64,000 nt of DNA from an uncultured Verrucomicrobiae bacterium (GCA_963769025.1 CAVYKI010000010.1:288001-352000), one strand, 5' to 3'. Counted from the first letter of the stretch, positions 20,777 to 31,830 are shown. Notes: generated by a model not told the origin, from the sequence alone. A program made the numbers and translations.

Positions 20777-20819
20777 TTGACGCATGGGACGAAATGGTAG
20801 GAAAAGGGAGCCTCTGGGA
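20777..20819 (+). promoter_or_regulatory. dcw promoter with four MraZ-type boxes
   Basis: TTGACG at 20777; TGGGA, TGGTA, AGGGA, TGGGA at 20785, 20795, 20805, 20815 (exact 10-bp period) upstream of mraZ. Confidence 0.75.
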
Positions 20820-20854
20820 AAAGCCTTAAGCCGATTCCCGAACCACCCACTGTA

Positions 20855-21337
20855 ATGGCCGAAGCCGAATCACGCCTGCCGATGTTCACGGATGAACTCG
20901 AGCGCCAGCTCGATTCGGGCCTTCGTGTCATGCTCCCGAAGGACTGGCGGAGTCTGAACATCACGGACTTTGTCCTGATCTCAGACTCCTCCAGTTCCTT
21001 CATCAAGGTCCTGCCGCAGTCGGAATACGACAGGTTCGTCGCGAAGATCGAATCCGACACCACGCTCGATGAGCTCACACGAAACGAGCATCTCGAGGAA
21101 ATCGGATCGACCTGCAAAAAGGTGCAGCTCGACAACGCGGGGCGCATGGCGCTTCCCGCCAACATGTGCGCGGAGATCGGCATCGGAGAAAAGAATCCGA
21201 CGGTCATTTTGAAGGGTGCCGTGCGCACGTTCAACATCTGGAATCCCGCCCGGCTGAAGAAGAAGCTGGATGCAAAACAGCAGCTCGCCAACTCGGGTCA
21301 TATCGCGATGAGCGCCAAGAAATTCCTCGGGGTATGA
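20855..21337 (+). CDS. mraZ: MraZ transcriptional regulator (divergent)
   Basis: Two SpoVT/AbrB-like repeats (QLDSGLRVMLPKDWR, QLDNAGRMALP), ..IWNP; first gene of the dcw cluster. Confidence 0.8.
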   Translation: MAEAESRLPMFTDELERQLDSGLRVMLPKDWRSLNITDFVLISDSSSSFIKVLPQSEYDRFVAKIESDTTLDELTRNEHLEEIGSTCKKVQLDNAGRMALPANMCAEIGIGEKNPTVILKGAVRTFNIWNPARLKKKLDAKQQLANSGHIAMSAKKFLGV

Positions 21338-22335
21338 TCGACTACCAGCTTTCCGCAGAAACCGCATTTGAACCGGAGGAGTTTTTCATGTCCGCCGACC
21401 CACGTTCGCCCGGTTACCACGAACCCGTCCTGCTGCGGGAAGCCATCGATCTCCTGCAGCCATCTCCCGGGAAGGTGTTTTTTGAAGGGACGATGGGCGG
21501 CGGCGGCCACACCCGCGCGCTGCTGGAGGCCGGCGCGACGGTCATCGCGACGGATCAGGATCCGGAGGCAATCGCAAACGCGAGCGCCGAACTCACCGGC
21601 CACGGTGATCGCCTCATCATGCGGCGTGCGAATTTTTCCGATGTCAGCCGCATTCTCGCGGAATTGGGCGTCACCCAACTCCACGGCGCGCTGTTCGATC
21701 TGGGCGTCAGTTCGCACCAGTTCGATACGCCCGAACGCGGTTTCTCGTTGCAATACGACGGCGCACTCGACATGCGGATGTCCCCCGACTCGCCGCAAAG
21801 CGCCGCGGATCTCGTGAACACCGCCAGCGAGGACGAACTCTCGCGCATCTTCCGCGACCTCGGCGAGGAACCGGCGGCACGGCGGATCGCGTCGCGCATC
21901 GTCCGCGAGCGCACGCAGGCACCCATCACCCACACGCTGCAACTCGCCGATCTCGTGGCCGGCGTGATTCCTCGCAAAGGCCGCACGCATCCGGCCACGC
22001 GCGTCTTCATGGCGCTGCGCATGGCGGTGAACCGCGAACTCGAAGTGCTCACGTCCGTGCTGGGAGAGGTCACCAGGCACCTCGCGCCCGGCGGCCGGCT
22101 GGCAGTCATCAGCTTCCACAGCGGCGAAGATCGCATCGTGAAGACCTTCATGAAGGAGCGTGCCACCGAGTGGCACGACCGGCCCGAGTGGCCCGCGCCG
22201 CGCCGCAACCCCGATCACATCTTCCGTCTGCTCACCACCCGCCCGCTCGTCGCCAGTGTCGCCGAGCAAAAAGCGAACCCGAGGGCGAGGTCGGCCAAAC
22301 TCAGGGTTGCCGAACGCCTGCCCCATGCCCGCTAA
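21334..22335 (+). CDS. rsmH: 16S rRNA m4C1402 methyltransferase
   Basis: HEPVLL, GGGGHT, DLGVSSHQ, LDMRM, HPATRVF, ISFHSGEDRIVK, NPRARSAKLR; ATGA overlap with mraZ. Confidence 0.95.
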   Translation: MIDYQLSAETAFEPEEFFMSADPRSPGYHEPVLLREAIDLLQPSPGKVFFEGTMGGGGHTRALLEAGATVIATDQDPEAIANASAELTGHGDRLIMRRANFSDVSRILAELGVTQLHGALFDLGVSSHQFDTPERGFSLQYDGALDMRMSPDSPQSAADLVNTASEDELSRIFRDLGEEPAARRIASRIVRERTQAPITHTLQLADLVAGVIPRKGRTHPATRVFMALRMAVNRELEVLTSVLGEVTRHLAPGGRLAVISFHSGEDRIVKTFMKERATEWHDRPEWPAPRRNPDHIFRLLTTRPLVASVAEQKANPRARSAKLRVAERLPHAR

Positions 22336-22687
22336 CCAACGCCGCTACGCCCAAACCGTCCCGCTTGCTTACATCTGCATCGGGCTCGCCATCCTCATCT
22401 GTGCGGGGACCTTTGGGATCAAGGTCCTGATGCTCAAGCAGCAGCTCAAGCAGGGTGCCGAGCGCATGGCCCGGCTCCGAAAGGATCTCAACGAGGTCAA
22501 CACGAGCAACGAGGCGCTGCGCACGCGCAAAAACCAGCTCACTTCGCTCCCGGCCCTGAAAAAGGCGATCGCCGACGGGGTCATCAAGCTCAAGCCCATC
22601 GAGGAATCCTTCGTCGTGAATGTCCCGGCGGCACCGCGCACCGTGGCGGTGTCTTCCCTGCTGCTGGACGCGGAGGAGGGACGTTGA
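22325..22687 (+). CDS. ftsL: FtsL-like bitopic coiled-coil division protein
   Basis: Single TM followed by a coiled coil; position between rsmH and the PBP gene. Confidence 0.6.
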   Translation: MPANQRRYAQTVPLAYICIGLAILICAGTFGIKVLMLKQQLKQGAERMARLRKDLNEVNTSNEALRTRKNQLTSLPALKKAIADGVIKLKPIEESFVVNVPAAPRTVAVSSLLLDAEEGR

Positions 22688-22688
22688 G

Positions 22689-24470
22689 ATGTCCCTCAAG
22701 TCGCGCGCATGCCTGGCCTGCTACGGCCTTGGCGCCCTTTTCACGGCACTGTCCGCGCGGCTGATCTACCTCGCAGTCAATCGGCATGACCACTACGTCG
22801 CCATCGCGAGGAGCACGTACGTCGGAAAGACGACCATCCCGGCAAAGCGCGGCAGCATTCTCGACTCGGAGGGCACTTTCCTCGCGCGCAACGAGCCTCT
22901 GAAAAACGTCATCCTCGACGGCACCCTCATCAAGAGTCCGCAGAAGGTCGCGGACCTCATCGCCGGGCCGCTCCAGATGAAGCCGGAGGACGTGCTCAGG
23001 CGCATCAGCCCGGACAAGCGCTACGTCGTCCTCAAAAAGAAAATCTCCGAGGAACTCGCGGCGGACCTCGACCGGAAAGTGCAGAAGGCCGGCATCAAGG
23101 GCCTCACGTTCGAGCAGAACTTCGAGCGCATCTATCCCGCGCACCAGACGCTCTGCCATGTCCTCGGATTTTTCGGTTACGAGGACAGCAACGCAGCCAA
23201 CCCCACGGGAGGATTCCGCGGCATCGAAGGCGTCGAGCGCTCGATGGAAAACTGGCTCGGCGGACAGGACGGCTGGCGGTTTTTTGAAAAGGACGGGCGC
23301 GGCAAGGAGCTGATGAACTACACCGGCGAGGAGCGCGCGCCCCGCAACGGCGCGGATGTGCGGCTCACGGTGAACCTCAATCTCCAGCAAATCGTCGAGA
23401 GCGAACTCGAGGCCGCCTGCAAGCGGCTGCGGCCGCTGAAAGCCAGCGTCATCATGATGAGGCCCGACACGGGCGAAATCCTCGCGCTCGCCAACCGGCC
23501 GACCTTTGACCCGAACGAACCCGGAAAGGCCAAGCCCGAGCACCGCTTCAACAACGCGGTCGCCGGAATCTACGAACCGGGATCGACGTTCAAGGCGGTC
23601 ACCTGCGCGGGAGCGCTCAACTACCAGCTCGTAACGCCGAAGACCGAGCTCTGGTGCGAAAACGGCAACTGGATTTACGGCGGAAAGCCGCTGCGCGACC
23701 ATCACCCGTACGGCATGCTCAGCGTTTCGCAGATCATCGAGCACTCCTCGAACATCGGCGCCGCGAAGCTCGCGGTGCAGATCGGCGAGGAGCGCTTCTA
23801 CAATTGGATCCGCGCGTTTGGCTTCGGCCAGCAGACCGGCATCGCGTTGCCGGGCGAAGTCCGCGGCATCCTCCACCCTCGAAGCAAGTGGACGGGCATC
23901 TCCATCACGCGCATCGCGATGGGCCACGAAGTCAGCGCCACCCCGCTGCAGGTCGTCACCGCGACCTCCGCGATCGCCAATGGCGGAAGGCTCCTCATGC
24001 CGCAGCTCATCCACGACATCCGCGACGACTCCGGCACCGTGCTCGTCGAATACGGGCCTCAGGAAATCCGCCGCGTCATCTCCGAGGCCACCGCGAGCAA
24101 GGTGACCGACGCCCTCGTCAAGGTGACCGGCAAGAAAGGCACCGCGAAGCTCGCCCACATCCCCGGCTTCAACGTCGCGGGCAAGACCGGCACCGCGCAA
24201 AAAATCGAGGACGGACGCTATTCGCACGACCACCACATCACGTCATTCGTGGGCTACGTTCCCGCGGAAAATCCGGCGTTCTGCATGCTCGTGGTCTTCG
24301 ACCAGGCGCAGGTGAAGCCCAATGAGGACGTCGGCGGCCTTGTGGCGGCGCCGGTCTTTCGCGCGATCGCGGAGCGCACGCTCGCACACCTTGGCATCCA
24401 GCCGGACCCGGTACTCTTGCAGCAGCAAAAGGAACAAAATCTCCTCCTCGTCAAAACCGGGAAGAATTGA
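22689..24470 (+). CDS. ftsI: Class B penicillin-binding protein (FtsI/PBP3)
   Basis: RGSILD, RIYP, GIEGVE, EPGSTFK, SSN, KTGTAQ. Confidence 0.92.
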   Translation: MSLKSRACLACYGLGALFTALSARLIYLAVNRHDHYVAIARSTYVGKTTIPAKRGSILDSEGTFLARNEPLKNVILDGTLIKSPQKVADLIAGPLQMKPEDVLRRISPDKRYVVLKKKISEELAADLDRKVQKAGIKGLTFEQNFERIYPAHQTLCHVLGFFGYEDSNAANPTGGFRGIEGVERSMENWLGGQDGWRFFEKDGRGKELMNYTGEERAPRNGADVRLTVNLNLQQIVESELEAACKRLRPLKASVIMMRPDTGEILALANRPTFDPNEPGKAKPEHRFNNAVAGIYEPGSTFKAVTCAGALNYQLVTPKTELWCENGNWIYGGKPLRDHHPYGMLSVSQIIEHSSNIGAAKLAVQIGEERFYNWIRAFGFGQQTGIALPGEVRGILHPRSKWTGISITRIAMGHEVSATPLQVVTATSAIANGGRLLMPQLIHDIRDDSGTVLVEYGPQEIRRVISEATASKVTDALVKVTGKKGTAKLAHIPGFNVAGKTGTAQKIEDGRYSHDHHITSFVGYVPAENPAFCMLVVFDQAQVKPNEDVGGLVAAPVFRAIAERTLAHLGIQPDPVLLQQQKEQNLLLVKTGKN

Positions 24471-24473
24471 GCG

Positions 24474-26037
24474 ATGAACCTCCAACTGCTCACGAAAGCA
24501 ATCCGGCCGGTGAACGTGACCGGCGCACTCGACCGCGACATCACTGCGATCTGCTACGACTCGCGCCGCGTCGTCGAGGGCGCGCTCTTCGTCGCGCTCC
24601 CCGGGGAGAAGGCGGACGGCACGCAGTTCATCGACGCCGCCATTGATCGCGGTGCCGCTGCCATCGTCAGCGAGAAGCCCGGCCTGACCACGCGGGCGAC
24701 CAGCCTGCAGGTCGAGAATGCCCGGCACGCGCTCGCCGATCTTTCCGCCGCCTTTTTCCGCCATCCCTCGCATCGCCTGAAGATCGCGGGCGTGACCGGA
24801 ACCAACGGGAAGACGACCACGACCTTCCTCATCAAGCACATCCTGGACTCGGACTTTCTGCGCTGCGGCCTGATCGGCACCGTGCGCTACGTCGTCGGCG
24901 AGCGCGAACTGCCCGCGGACAGGACGACACCGGAATCCGCCGACGTGCACGAGCTGCTCTGGCAGATGCGTTCCGCGGGTTGCAAGAGCTGCGCAATGGA
25001 AGTCAGCTCGCACGCGCTCGCGCTCGACCGCGTGCGCGGGGTGGAATTCGACGCCGCCGTATTCACAAATCTTTCTCAAGATCACCTCGATTTCCATCGC
25101 ACGATGGACGCCTACTTCGAGGCGAAGAGCAGCCTCTTCTCCGGCGTCCGCGGACCAGACGAAGAAGAAGGGCCGTGGAGTCGTGAACATCGACGATCGC
25201 CACGGCGCGAAGCTCGCGGATCGGTTCGGCCGCGGCGAAATGGAGGTGATCACCTACGGCATGGGCCGGAGCGCGCAATTCCGCGCGAGCGATGTGCGGA
25301 TGGATTTCGGCGGCACGACCTACCAGCTCGAGGCGGTCGGCAAGAGCTACCTCGTCCGCATGCCGCTCATCGGCGGGTTCAACGTTTACAACTCGCTCGC
25401 CGCCATCGCCACCGCGCACGCCCTCGGCGTGAACGTCCGCCATGCCGTGCAGGCGCTCGCAGCCGCGCCAGCCGTCCCCGGACGCCTGCAAGCCATCCCG
25501 GCCCAGAAGCCGTTCCGCGTCTTCGTGGACTACGCACACTCCGACGACGCGCTGACGAACGTCCTCAAAACGTTGCGCGAGCTGAACCCGGCGCGGCTCA
25601 TCGCCGTCTTCGGCTGCGGAGGAAACCGTGACCGCGCCAAGCGCCCGAAGATGGCCGCCGCCGTGGACGCCATCGCCGATCACGCCATCGTGACGAGCGA
25701 CAACCCTCGCAAGGAGGATCCGCTCGCGATCATCGAGGACATCAAGCCCGGCTTCCGCCGCCTTGTGCCGGAGATCGTGCCGGATCGCAGGGAAGCGATC
25801 TTTCACGCCATCGCAATGGCGCAGCCGCGCGACATCATCCTCCTCGCAGGCAAGGGCCACGAGTCCTACCAGGAATTTGCGGACCACACGCTGCCGTTTG
25901 ACGACGCCGCGATCGCCGCCAGCGCCCTCGGCTCGCGGGTGGAATTTGAACGCCCGACGCCGCGCCCGCGCGAGCAATCGGATGAACGCCCGCGCGACCA
26001 AAGGGAGCCGCGGCAGCGCAGGGAGGATCGCGACTGA
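24474..26037 (+). CDS. murE: UDP-MurNAc-tripeptide synthetase (meso-DAP type), frameshift near 25150
   Basis: GVTGTNGKTT, TTPES, MEVSSH, FTNLSQDHLDFH; second frame DYAHS, GCGGNRD, DNPR, AGKGHE. Confidence 0.93.
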
Positions 26038-27410
26038 TGGACGCGACGCCACTTTCCCAAATCGCAGCGTGGTCCCGGGGCCGGCTGGCCGGCGGCAACC
26101 CCGCCGCCACGGTCACGGCGATCTCCTCGGATTCACGCGCGCTGAAACCCGGCGACCTTTTCATCGCGATCCGCGGGGAGAAATTCGACGGCCACGATTT
26201 TCTCGCCGAGGCCGCGCGGCTCGGAGCCATCGGCGCCATCGTGGAAAAGGAAACGCCCGGCCTGCCCGACACCTTTGCGCTGATCGTCGTCGCCGATGCG
26301 GTGCTCGGCCTCCAATTGCTCGCGACGGCCTACCGCGCCACGCTGCGGCTCACCTCCCTTTGCATCACGGGCAGCAACGGAAAAACTTCCACCAAGGATC
26401 TCTGCGCCGCCGTCCTCGCGCAGCGCTTCAACGTCACGCGCACCGTGGGGAATCTGAACAACCACCTCGGCGTTCCGTTTTCGATCCTCCGGGCTGACAG
26501 CAGCCACGACGTCGGCGTGTTCGAGATCGGGATGAATCACGCCGGCGAAATCGCGCCGCTCGCGGCGATTGCGCGGCCGGACATCGCCATCATCACGAAT
26601 GTCGGCGTCGCGCACATTGAGTATCTCGGGACGCGCGAGGCGATCGCGCAGGAAAAAGGGACGCTCGCGGAGGCCGTCGGCGAGGTCGGGACCGTCATCC
26701 TCAACGCCGACGACGTATTCACACCTTCCATCGCGAAACGTACGCGCGCGCGCGTGATGACCGCAGGCCTGCAGGACGGCGACGTGCGCGCGACCGATTT
26801 GGAACAGCTTTCGACGGGCATCAAGTTCCGCCTCCACGCCACTGGGCAGTGTATGGAGGCGGAACTGCCCGTCCCCGGCGAGCACATGGTGCGCAACGCA
26901 CTCCTCGCCTGCGCGGCGGGAATCGCGCTCGGACTTTCGCTCGAAGAATGCGCCGCCGGGCTGCGCGCTCTGGATCTCACCGCCGGACGCCTCACGCAGA
27001 AGACATTCGGCGGCATCCGCATCCTCGACGACACGTACAACGCAAATCCCGACAGCATGAGCGCCGCGCTCGTGACGCTCGCGCGCATGCCCGTCACGGG
27101 CCGCCGCATCGCGGTGCTCGGCGGGATGGGTGAACTGGGCAAGGAAAGCCAGCGCGGCCACCGCAGCGTCGGCGAGGTCGCTGGCCGCGAGAAAATCGGC
27201 TGCGTCATCACCGTCGGCGAAGCGGCCCGCTGGATCGCCGATGCCGCCGAGATTTCCGGAGTTGGCAGCGTCATCCGCACCGCGGACGCCGACGAAGCGG
27301 CGCGCACACTCCGCGGCATCGCGCAGCCGGGCGACACGGTGCTGGTGAAGGCCAGTCGCTCCGCGCGCCTCGAGCGCATCGTGCAGGCAATGGAAGGAGG
27401 GAGTTGCTGA
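26037..27410 (+). CDS. murF: UDP-MurNAc-pentapeptide synthetase
   Basis: ITGSNGKTSTK, NLNNHLGVP, EIGMNH, DDTYNANPDS, VLVKASR. Confidence 0.95.
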   Translation: MDATPLSQIAAWSRGRLAGGNPAATVTAISSDSRALKPGDLFIAIRGEKFDGHDFLAEAARLGAIGAIVEKETPGLPDTFALIVVADAVLGLQLLATAYRATLRLTSLCITGSNGKTSTKDLCAAVLAQRFNVTRTVGNLNNHLGVPFSILRADSSHDVGVFEIGMNHAGEIAPLAAIARPDIAIITNVGVAHIEYLGTREAIAQEKGTLAEAVGEVGTVILNADDVFTPSIAKRTRARVMTAGLQDGDVRATDLEQLSTGIKFRLHATGQCMEAELPVPGEHMVRNALLACAAGIALGLSLEECAAGLRALDLTAGRLTQKTFGGIRILDDTYNANPDSMSAALVTLARMPVTGRRIAVLGGMGELGKESQRGHRSVGEVAGREKIGCVITVGEAARWIADAAEISGVGSVIRTADADEAARTLRGIAQPGDTVLVKASRSARLERIVQAMEGGSC

Positions 27411-28546
27411 TGCTCTACTATCTCGAACGGCTTGCCGATCACACCACGAGCGAGTTTCTCAAGGCGCTCAACGTTTTCCAGTATGTGACCTTCCGCGCCG
27501 TGGGCGCGGCGCTCACGGCGTTTCTGCTCTCACTCGCGCTCGGCAATTTCACGATTCGCAAGCTCCTCTCGCTCAAACTCGGCCAGCCAATCCGGAACAA
27601 GGAGGAGGTCCACAAGCTCGCCGAACTGCATGGCCAGAAAGCCGGCACGCCGACGATGGGAGGCATCCTGCTCCTCGGCACGACGGTCTTCTCCACGCTC
27701 CTGTGGGCGCGGCCGGACAATTCCTTCGTCTGGATCGTCCTCGGCGCGATGGTCGCCGCGGGCGCGCTTGGATTTGTGGACGACTACCTGAAGGTCGCGA
27801 AGAAAAACTCCGCCGGAGTGAGTGAACGCACGAAGATCATCGTCCAGTTGCTCATCGCGATCGGCGTCACGTGGTTTTTTCTGTCCGACTCGCGCATCAA
27901 CCAGCAGGCCAGCGCCCTCTACGTGCCGTTCTACAAGAAGATGCTCATACCGAACATGGGCATCATCATCACGTTCCTGTTTTTCGCGGGCATCATCCTC
28001 GGCACGTCGAACGCGGTGAACCTGACCGACGGGCTCGACGGGCTCGCCACCGGCTGCACGCTCACCGTCACGTTCGCCTACGCGGTGCTTGCTTACATCG
28101 CCGGCCATCACGTCATCGCGGACTACCTGCAGGTCCCCTTTTATCCGCAGGCGGGCGAACTCACGGTCTTCTGCCTCGCACTCGCCGGCGCATCGCTGGG
28201 GTTCCTGTGGTTCAACGCGCATCCCGCAAAAATGTTCATGGGCGACACCGGCTCGCTCGCGATCGGCGGCGCGCTCGGCGTCGTGGCCATCTGCGTGAAA
28301 CAGGAATTGCTGCTGCTCGTCATCGGGTTCGTGTTCGTGCTCGAGGCGGCCTCGGTGCTCATCCAGCGGTTCTATTTCAAATACACGAAGCGCAAGTATG
28401 GCCAGGGCCGGCGGGTTTTCCGCATGGCGCCCTTGCATCATCACTTCGAGCTGTCCGGCATCAACGAGACCGTCGTCGTGACGCGCTTCTGGATCGTCTC
28501 CTTCATCTGCGCCCTCATGGGGCTCGCAACGCTGAAGCTCCGGTGA
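27410..28546 (+). CDS. mraY: Phospho-MurNAc-pentapeptide transferase
   Basis: KAGTPTMGG, GFVDDY, NAVNLTDGLDGL, FMGDTGS, MAPLHHHFE. Confidence 0.96.
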   Translation: MLYYLERLADHTTSEFLKALNVFQYVTFRAVGAALTAFLLSLALGNFTIRKLLSLKLGQPIRNKEEVHKLAELHGQKAGTPTMGGILLLGTTVFSTLLWARPDNSFVWIVLGAMVAAGALGFVDDYLKVAKKNSAGVSERTKIIVQLLIAIGVTWFFLSDSRINQQASALYVPFYKKMLIPNMGIIITFLFFAGIILGTSNAVNLTDGLDGLATGCTLTVTFAYAVLAYIAGHHVIADYLQVPFYPQAGELTVFCLALAGASLGFLWFNAHPAKMFMGDTGSLAIGGALGVVAICVKQELLLLVIGFVFVLEAASVLIQRFYFKYTKRKYGQGRRVFRMAPLHHHFELSGINETVVVTRFWIVSFICALMGLATLKLR

Positions 28547-28548
28547 AA

Positions 28549-29889
28549 ATGCACGTCTCCGGCAAACACATCGCCGTCCTCGGCGCGGGCGAAAGCGGCG
28601 GCAGCGCCGCGCGCCTCCTGCTCGACGAAGGCGCGCACGTCACCGTGCTCGACAGCGGCGCGCCGGACGCGCTCCGCGAGAAAATCGCGGCGCTCGAAAC
28701 AGCCGGAGCATGCGTGATCGCCGGGCCCGCTGCGGATACGGACACCGGGAGCTACGACCTTGCAGTCCTCAGCCCGGGCATCGAGCCCACCAGCACGCTC
28801 GTGAAAGGCATACTCGCGCGCGCCATCCCGATGCTCGGCGAGCTCGAACTCGCGTTCGTGCTGTGCGGGCGTCCGGTCATCGCGATCACCGGGACGAACG
28901 GCAAGACCACCACCACTCAGCTCGTCGAGCAAATGCTGCTCGGCTGCGGCGTGAAGACCGTCGCGTGCGGCAACATCGGCCCGGCATTCTCGGCGAAGGT
29001 CCGCGACGGCCGCGCGATGGACGTGATGACCGTGGAGGTCAGCAGTTTTCAGCTCGAGGAAATCCGGACGTTCCGCCCTGCCGTCTCGGTGTGGCTCGGC
29101 TTTGCGCCTGATCATCTCGACCGATACCCGTCCCTGCAGGCGTACTACGACGCAAAGGCGCGCATCTTCGAGAACCAGACCGCGGAGGACTGGGCAGTGG
29201 TGAACCTCCGCGACAAGCTTCCGCCGCTGAAGGCACGCCGCATCACATTCAGTGCCTATCAGGGCGGCGGCGACTTCGACCTCCGCGATGGCGTGATCCA
29301 CTTCCACGGCGAGCCCGTGCTGGAGATGCGCGCCACGAATCTGCGCGGCTCGCACAACGCCGAGAACCTCATGGCGGCGCTCGGCGTGGGAAAGGCCTGG
29401 GGACTCGATTTTGCCCGGATGGTCCCGCCGCTCTCCGCTTACAAGGCGCTGCCGCACCGCTGCGAACTCATCCGCACACTCGACGGCGTGGACTATGTGA
29501 ATGATTCGAAGGCCACCAACCTCGACTCGCTCGAAAAGGCGCTCGACGGGGAAACCCGCCCCGTGGTGCTCATCGCCGGCGGCAAGGACAAGGGCTTCGA
29601 ATTCGACAGCGTCACCGACCTCGTTGCGCGGAAATGCCGCTGCGCCGTCCTGCTCGGCGAAATGGCAGGGCGCATCGAACAGCTCTGGAGCCGCAGGCTT
29701 CCATGCATCAATGTCGGCCGTTCGCTCGAGCGCGCGGTGCACACCGCGCGCTCCGAGGCGCGGTCCGGCGACATCGTGCTCTTCAGCCCCGGGACAAGCA
29801 GCTTTGACATGTTCCGCAACTACGCCGACCGCGGTAACCAATTTCGCACCATCGTCCACTCGTTCGCACCAACCAACTCAACGCCATGA
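28549..29889 (+). CDS. murD: UDP-MurNAc-L-Ala:D-Glu ligase
   Basis: SPGI, ITGTNGKTTT, GNIG, EVSSFQLE, DHLDRY, NDSKATN, SFDMF. Confidence 0.95.
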   Translation: MHVSGKHIAVLGAGESGGSAARLLLDEGAHVTVLDSGAPDALREKIAALETAGACVIAGPAADTDTGSYDLAVLSPGIEPTSTLVKGILARAIPMLGELELAFVLCGRPVIAITGTNGKTTTTQLVEQMLLGCGVKTVACGNIGPAFSAKVRDGRAMDVMTVEVSSFQLEEIRTFRPAVSVWLGFAPDHLDRYPSLQAYYDAKARIFENQTAEDWAVVNLRDKLPPLKARRITFSAYQGGGDFDLRDGVIHFHGEPVLEMRATNLRGSHNAENLMAALGVGKAWGLDFARMVPPLSAYKALPHRCELIRTLDGVDYVNDSKATNLDSLEKALDGETRPVVLIAGGKDKGFEFDSVTDLVARKCRCAVLLGEMAGRIEQLWSRRLPCINVGRSLERAVHTARSEARSGDIVLFSPGTSSFDMFRNYADRGNQFRTIVHSFAPTNSTP

Positions 29890-30656
29890 AAAACCCGATC
29901 CACAAACTCCGCCGCTTCTTCGTCCGCTCACGGACGTACAATGCCGCTGCCGCACGGACGGCGTCGCAGACGTCGCACGATGAGGATGACGGCACCAACC
30001 GCCTCTCGGGCGCGTTCATCATCGTGCTCCTGCTCCACATCATCGCCGTCGTCGGCGTGTTTGCCTTTGCCAGGATCAAGGAAAGCCGCAGCCACAGCGC
30101 CGCGCCGGATAATCCGGCGACCACGACGACGGCAAAAACCGCGCCCGTGAAATCGCCGGCACCGAAAGTCCCGGCCCCCGCGGCCGCCGCATCGATCGTC
30201 GCCTCCAACACACCGCAGCCCACGCCCCACGAGGCATCCAAGGCGTCCGCAACCGGCACGCAGACGACCTATGTCGTGAAGGAAAACGACACGCTCACGA
30301 AGATCGCCTTCGCGTACAACGTCGGCGTGACGGACCTGGTCTCGTCGAACAAGTTGAAGAACCCCGGCGACATTCACCCCGGACAGGCGCTCGCGATTCC
30401 CGGGACAAAACCGGCGCAAAAGGCCGCCTCGACAACCGAGAGCAAGCCCGCGCAGGCGACTGCACAGAAGGCCTCCCCGACGCCGGCGGAGCGCAAGCCC
30501 GTCAAAACCTACGTCGTGCGCAAAGGCGACACGGCCTTGAAAATCGCGCGTGAAAACGGCTGCAGCTACGAGGACCTGATGAAGGCGAACAACGTCAAGG
30601 ACCCGAAGAAAATCCAGGCCGGCCAGGTGCTGAAACTCCCCGTGAAAAACGGCTAG
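29886..30656 (+). CDS. Membrane-anchored protein with two LysM domains
   Basis: One TM helix; YVVKENDTLTKIA...IHPGQALAIP and YVVRKGDTALKIA...IQAGQVLKLP. Confidence 0.9.
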   Translation: MKNPIHKLRRFFVRSRTYNAAAARTASQTSHDEDDGTNRLSGAFIIVLLLHIIAVVGVFAFARIKESRSHSAAPDNPATTTTAKTAPVKSPAPKVPAPAAAASIVASNTPQPTPHEASKASATGTQTTYVVKENDTLTKIAFAYNVGVTDLVSSNKLKNPGDIHPGQALAIPGTKPAQKAASTTESKPAQATAQKASPTPAERKPVKTYVVRKGDTALKIARENGCSYEDLMKANNVKDPKKIQAGQVLKLPVKNG

Positions 30657-30666
30657 CCATCCCCCG

Positions 30667-31830
30667 ATGCAAAAGCGCTTCGTCTTCATCAACGTCTTCC
30701 TCCTCGTGATCGCGGTCGCCACGCTCACGACGATCGGGATCGTGATGCTCACGAGCACAGGCGCCTACGCGCAGGACGCAAAAGGAGACCCGACCTTCTT
30801 CCTCTCGCATCAGCTCAGGTGGCTGGGCGTTGGCGTCGTTCTGTGCGTGGCTGCGGCGCTGATCGATTACCGCTGGATGGAAAAGCGGTGGTGGCTTTTT
30901 TACATCGGTGCCGCAGTGCTGCTCGTGTGCTGTTTCGTCCCCGGGATCGGGAGGAAGATCAACGGTTCGTACCGATGGATCGGGACAAAGTCACAGACGG
31001 TGCAGCCATCGGAATTCGCGAAACTTGCGGTACTCGTGACGCTCGCGTGGTGGTTTTCACGGAAGGAAACGAAGCCTCGCGAATTCCTCCGGGGCTTCGT
31101 CTATCCCATCTCCATCGTTCTTGTCATCGTCGCGCTCATCGCGAAGGAGGTGGACCTAGGCACCTCGACACTCATCCTCTGCACGACACTTGTGGTCATG
31201 TTCGTCGCCGGGACGCGGCTCCCCTACATCGGTCTGAGCGCCCTCGCCGGGGCCGGGGCGCTGGCCTTCGCGATCTGGCTCATGCCCGAACGCACCGATC
31301 GCTTCCTTGCGTTCCTTGATCCGGAAAAATATCCGAAGGACGCATACCAGCAGGTGCAGGGGCTCATTGCCATCGGCTGCGGCGGAGTTCCCGGGCTCGG
31401 CCTCGGGAACGGGCGGCAGAAATTCTCGTATCTGCCCTTCGCACACACCGATTTCATTTTTCCGGAGATCGGCGAGGAACTCGGGCTGTTCTTCTCGCTC
31501 GGCGTGATTCTCTGCTTCCTCGTCGTCCTCGTCGCCGGCACCGTGATTGCGACCCGTGCGAGCGACCGCTTTGGCAGGCTGCTCGGCGTGGGAATCGTGA
31601 TGCTCCTCGCGCTCCAGGCGATCATGAACATCGGCGTGACCACCATGGTGCTGCCCAACAAGGGCCTGCCTCTCCCGTTCATCAGCTACGGCGGTTCGAG
31701 CCTCGCCTTCTGCCTCGTGAGCATTGGCATCCTCCTCAGCATCTACCGGCGCGGCTTCGGCGAGCGGCCGGACCCCGAAGGCATGCGTTTCGATTCCAAA
31801 ATCCGCATCCGAAAAACCCCACGCATTTAG
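30667..31830 (+). CDS. ftsW: SEDS peptidoglycan glycosyltransferase FtsW
   Basis: QPSEFAK, DLGT, AHTDFIF, GEELG, KGLPLPFISYGGSS. Confidence 0.94.
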   Translation: MQKRFVFINVFLLVIAVATLTTIGIVMLTSTGAYAQDAKGDPTFFLSHQLRWLGVGVVLCVAAALIDYRWMEKRWWLFYIGAAVLLVCCFVPGIGRKINGSYRWIGTKSQTVQPSEFAKLAVLVTLAWWFSRKETKPREFLRGFVYPISIVLVIVALIAKEVDLGTSTLILCTTLVVMFVAGTRLPYIGLSALAGAGALAFAIWLMPERTDRFLAFLDPEKYPKDAYQQVQGLIAIGCGGVPGLGLGNGRQKFSYLPFAHTDFIFPEIGEELGLFFSLGVILCFLVVLVAGTVIATRASDRFGRLLGVGIVMLLALQAIMNIGVTTMVLPNKGLPLPFISYGGSSLAFCLVSIGILLSIYRRGFGERPDPEGMRFDSKIRIRKTPRI

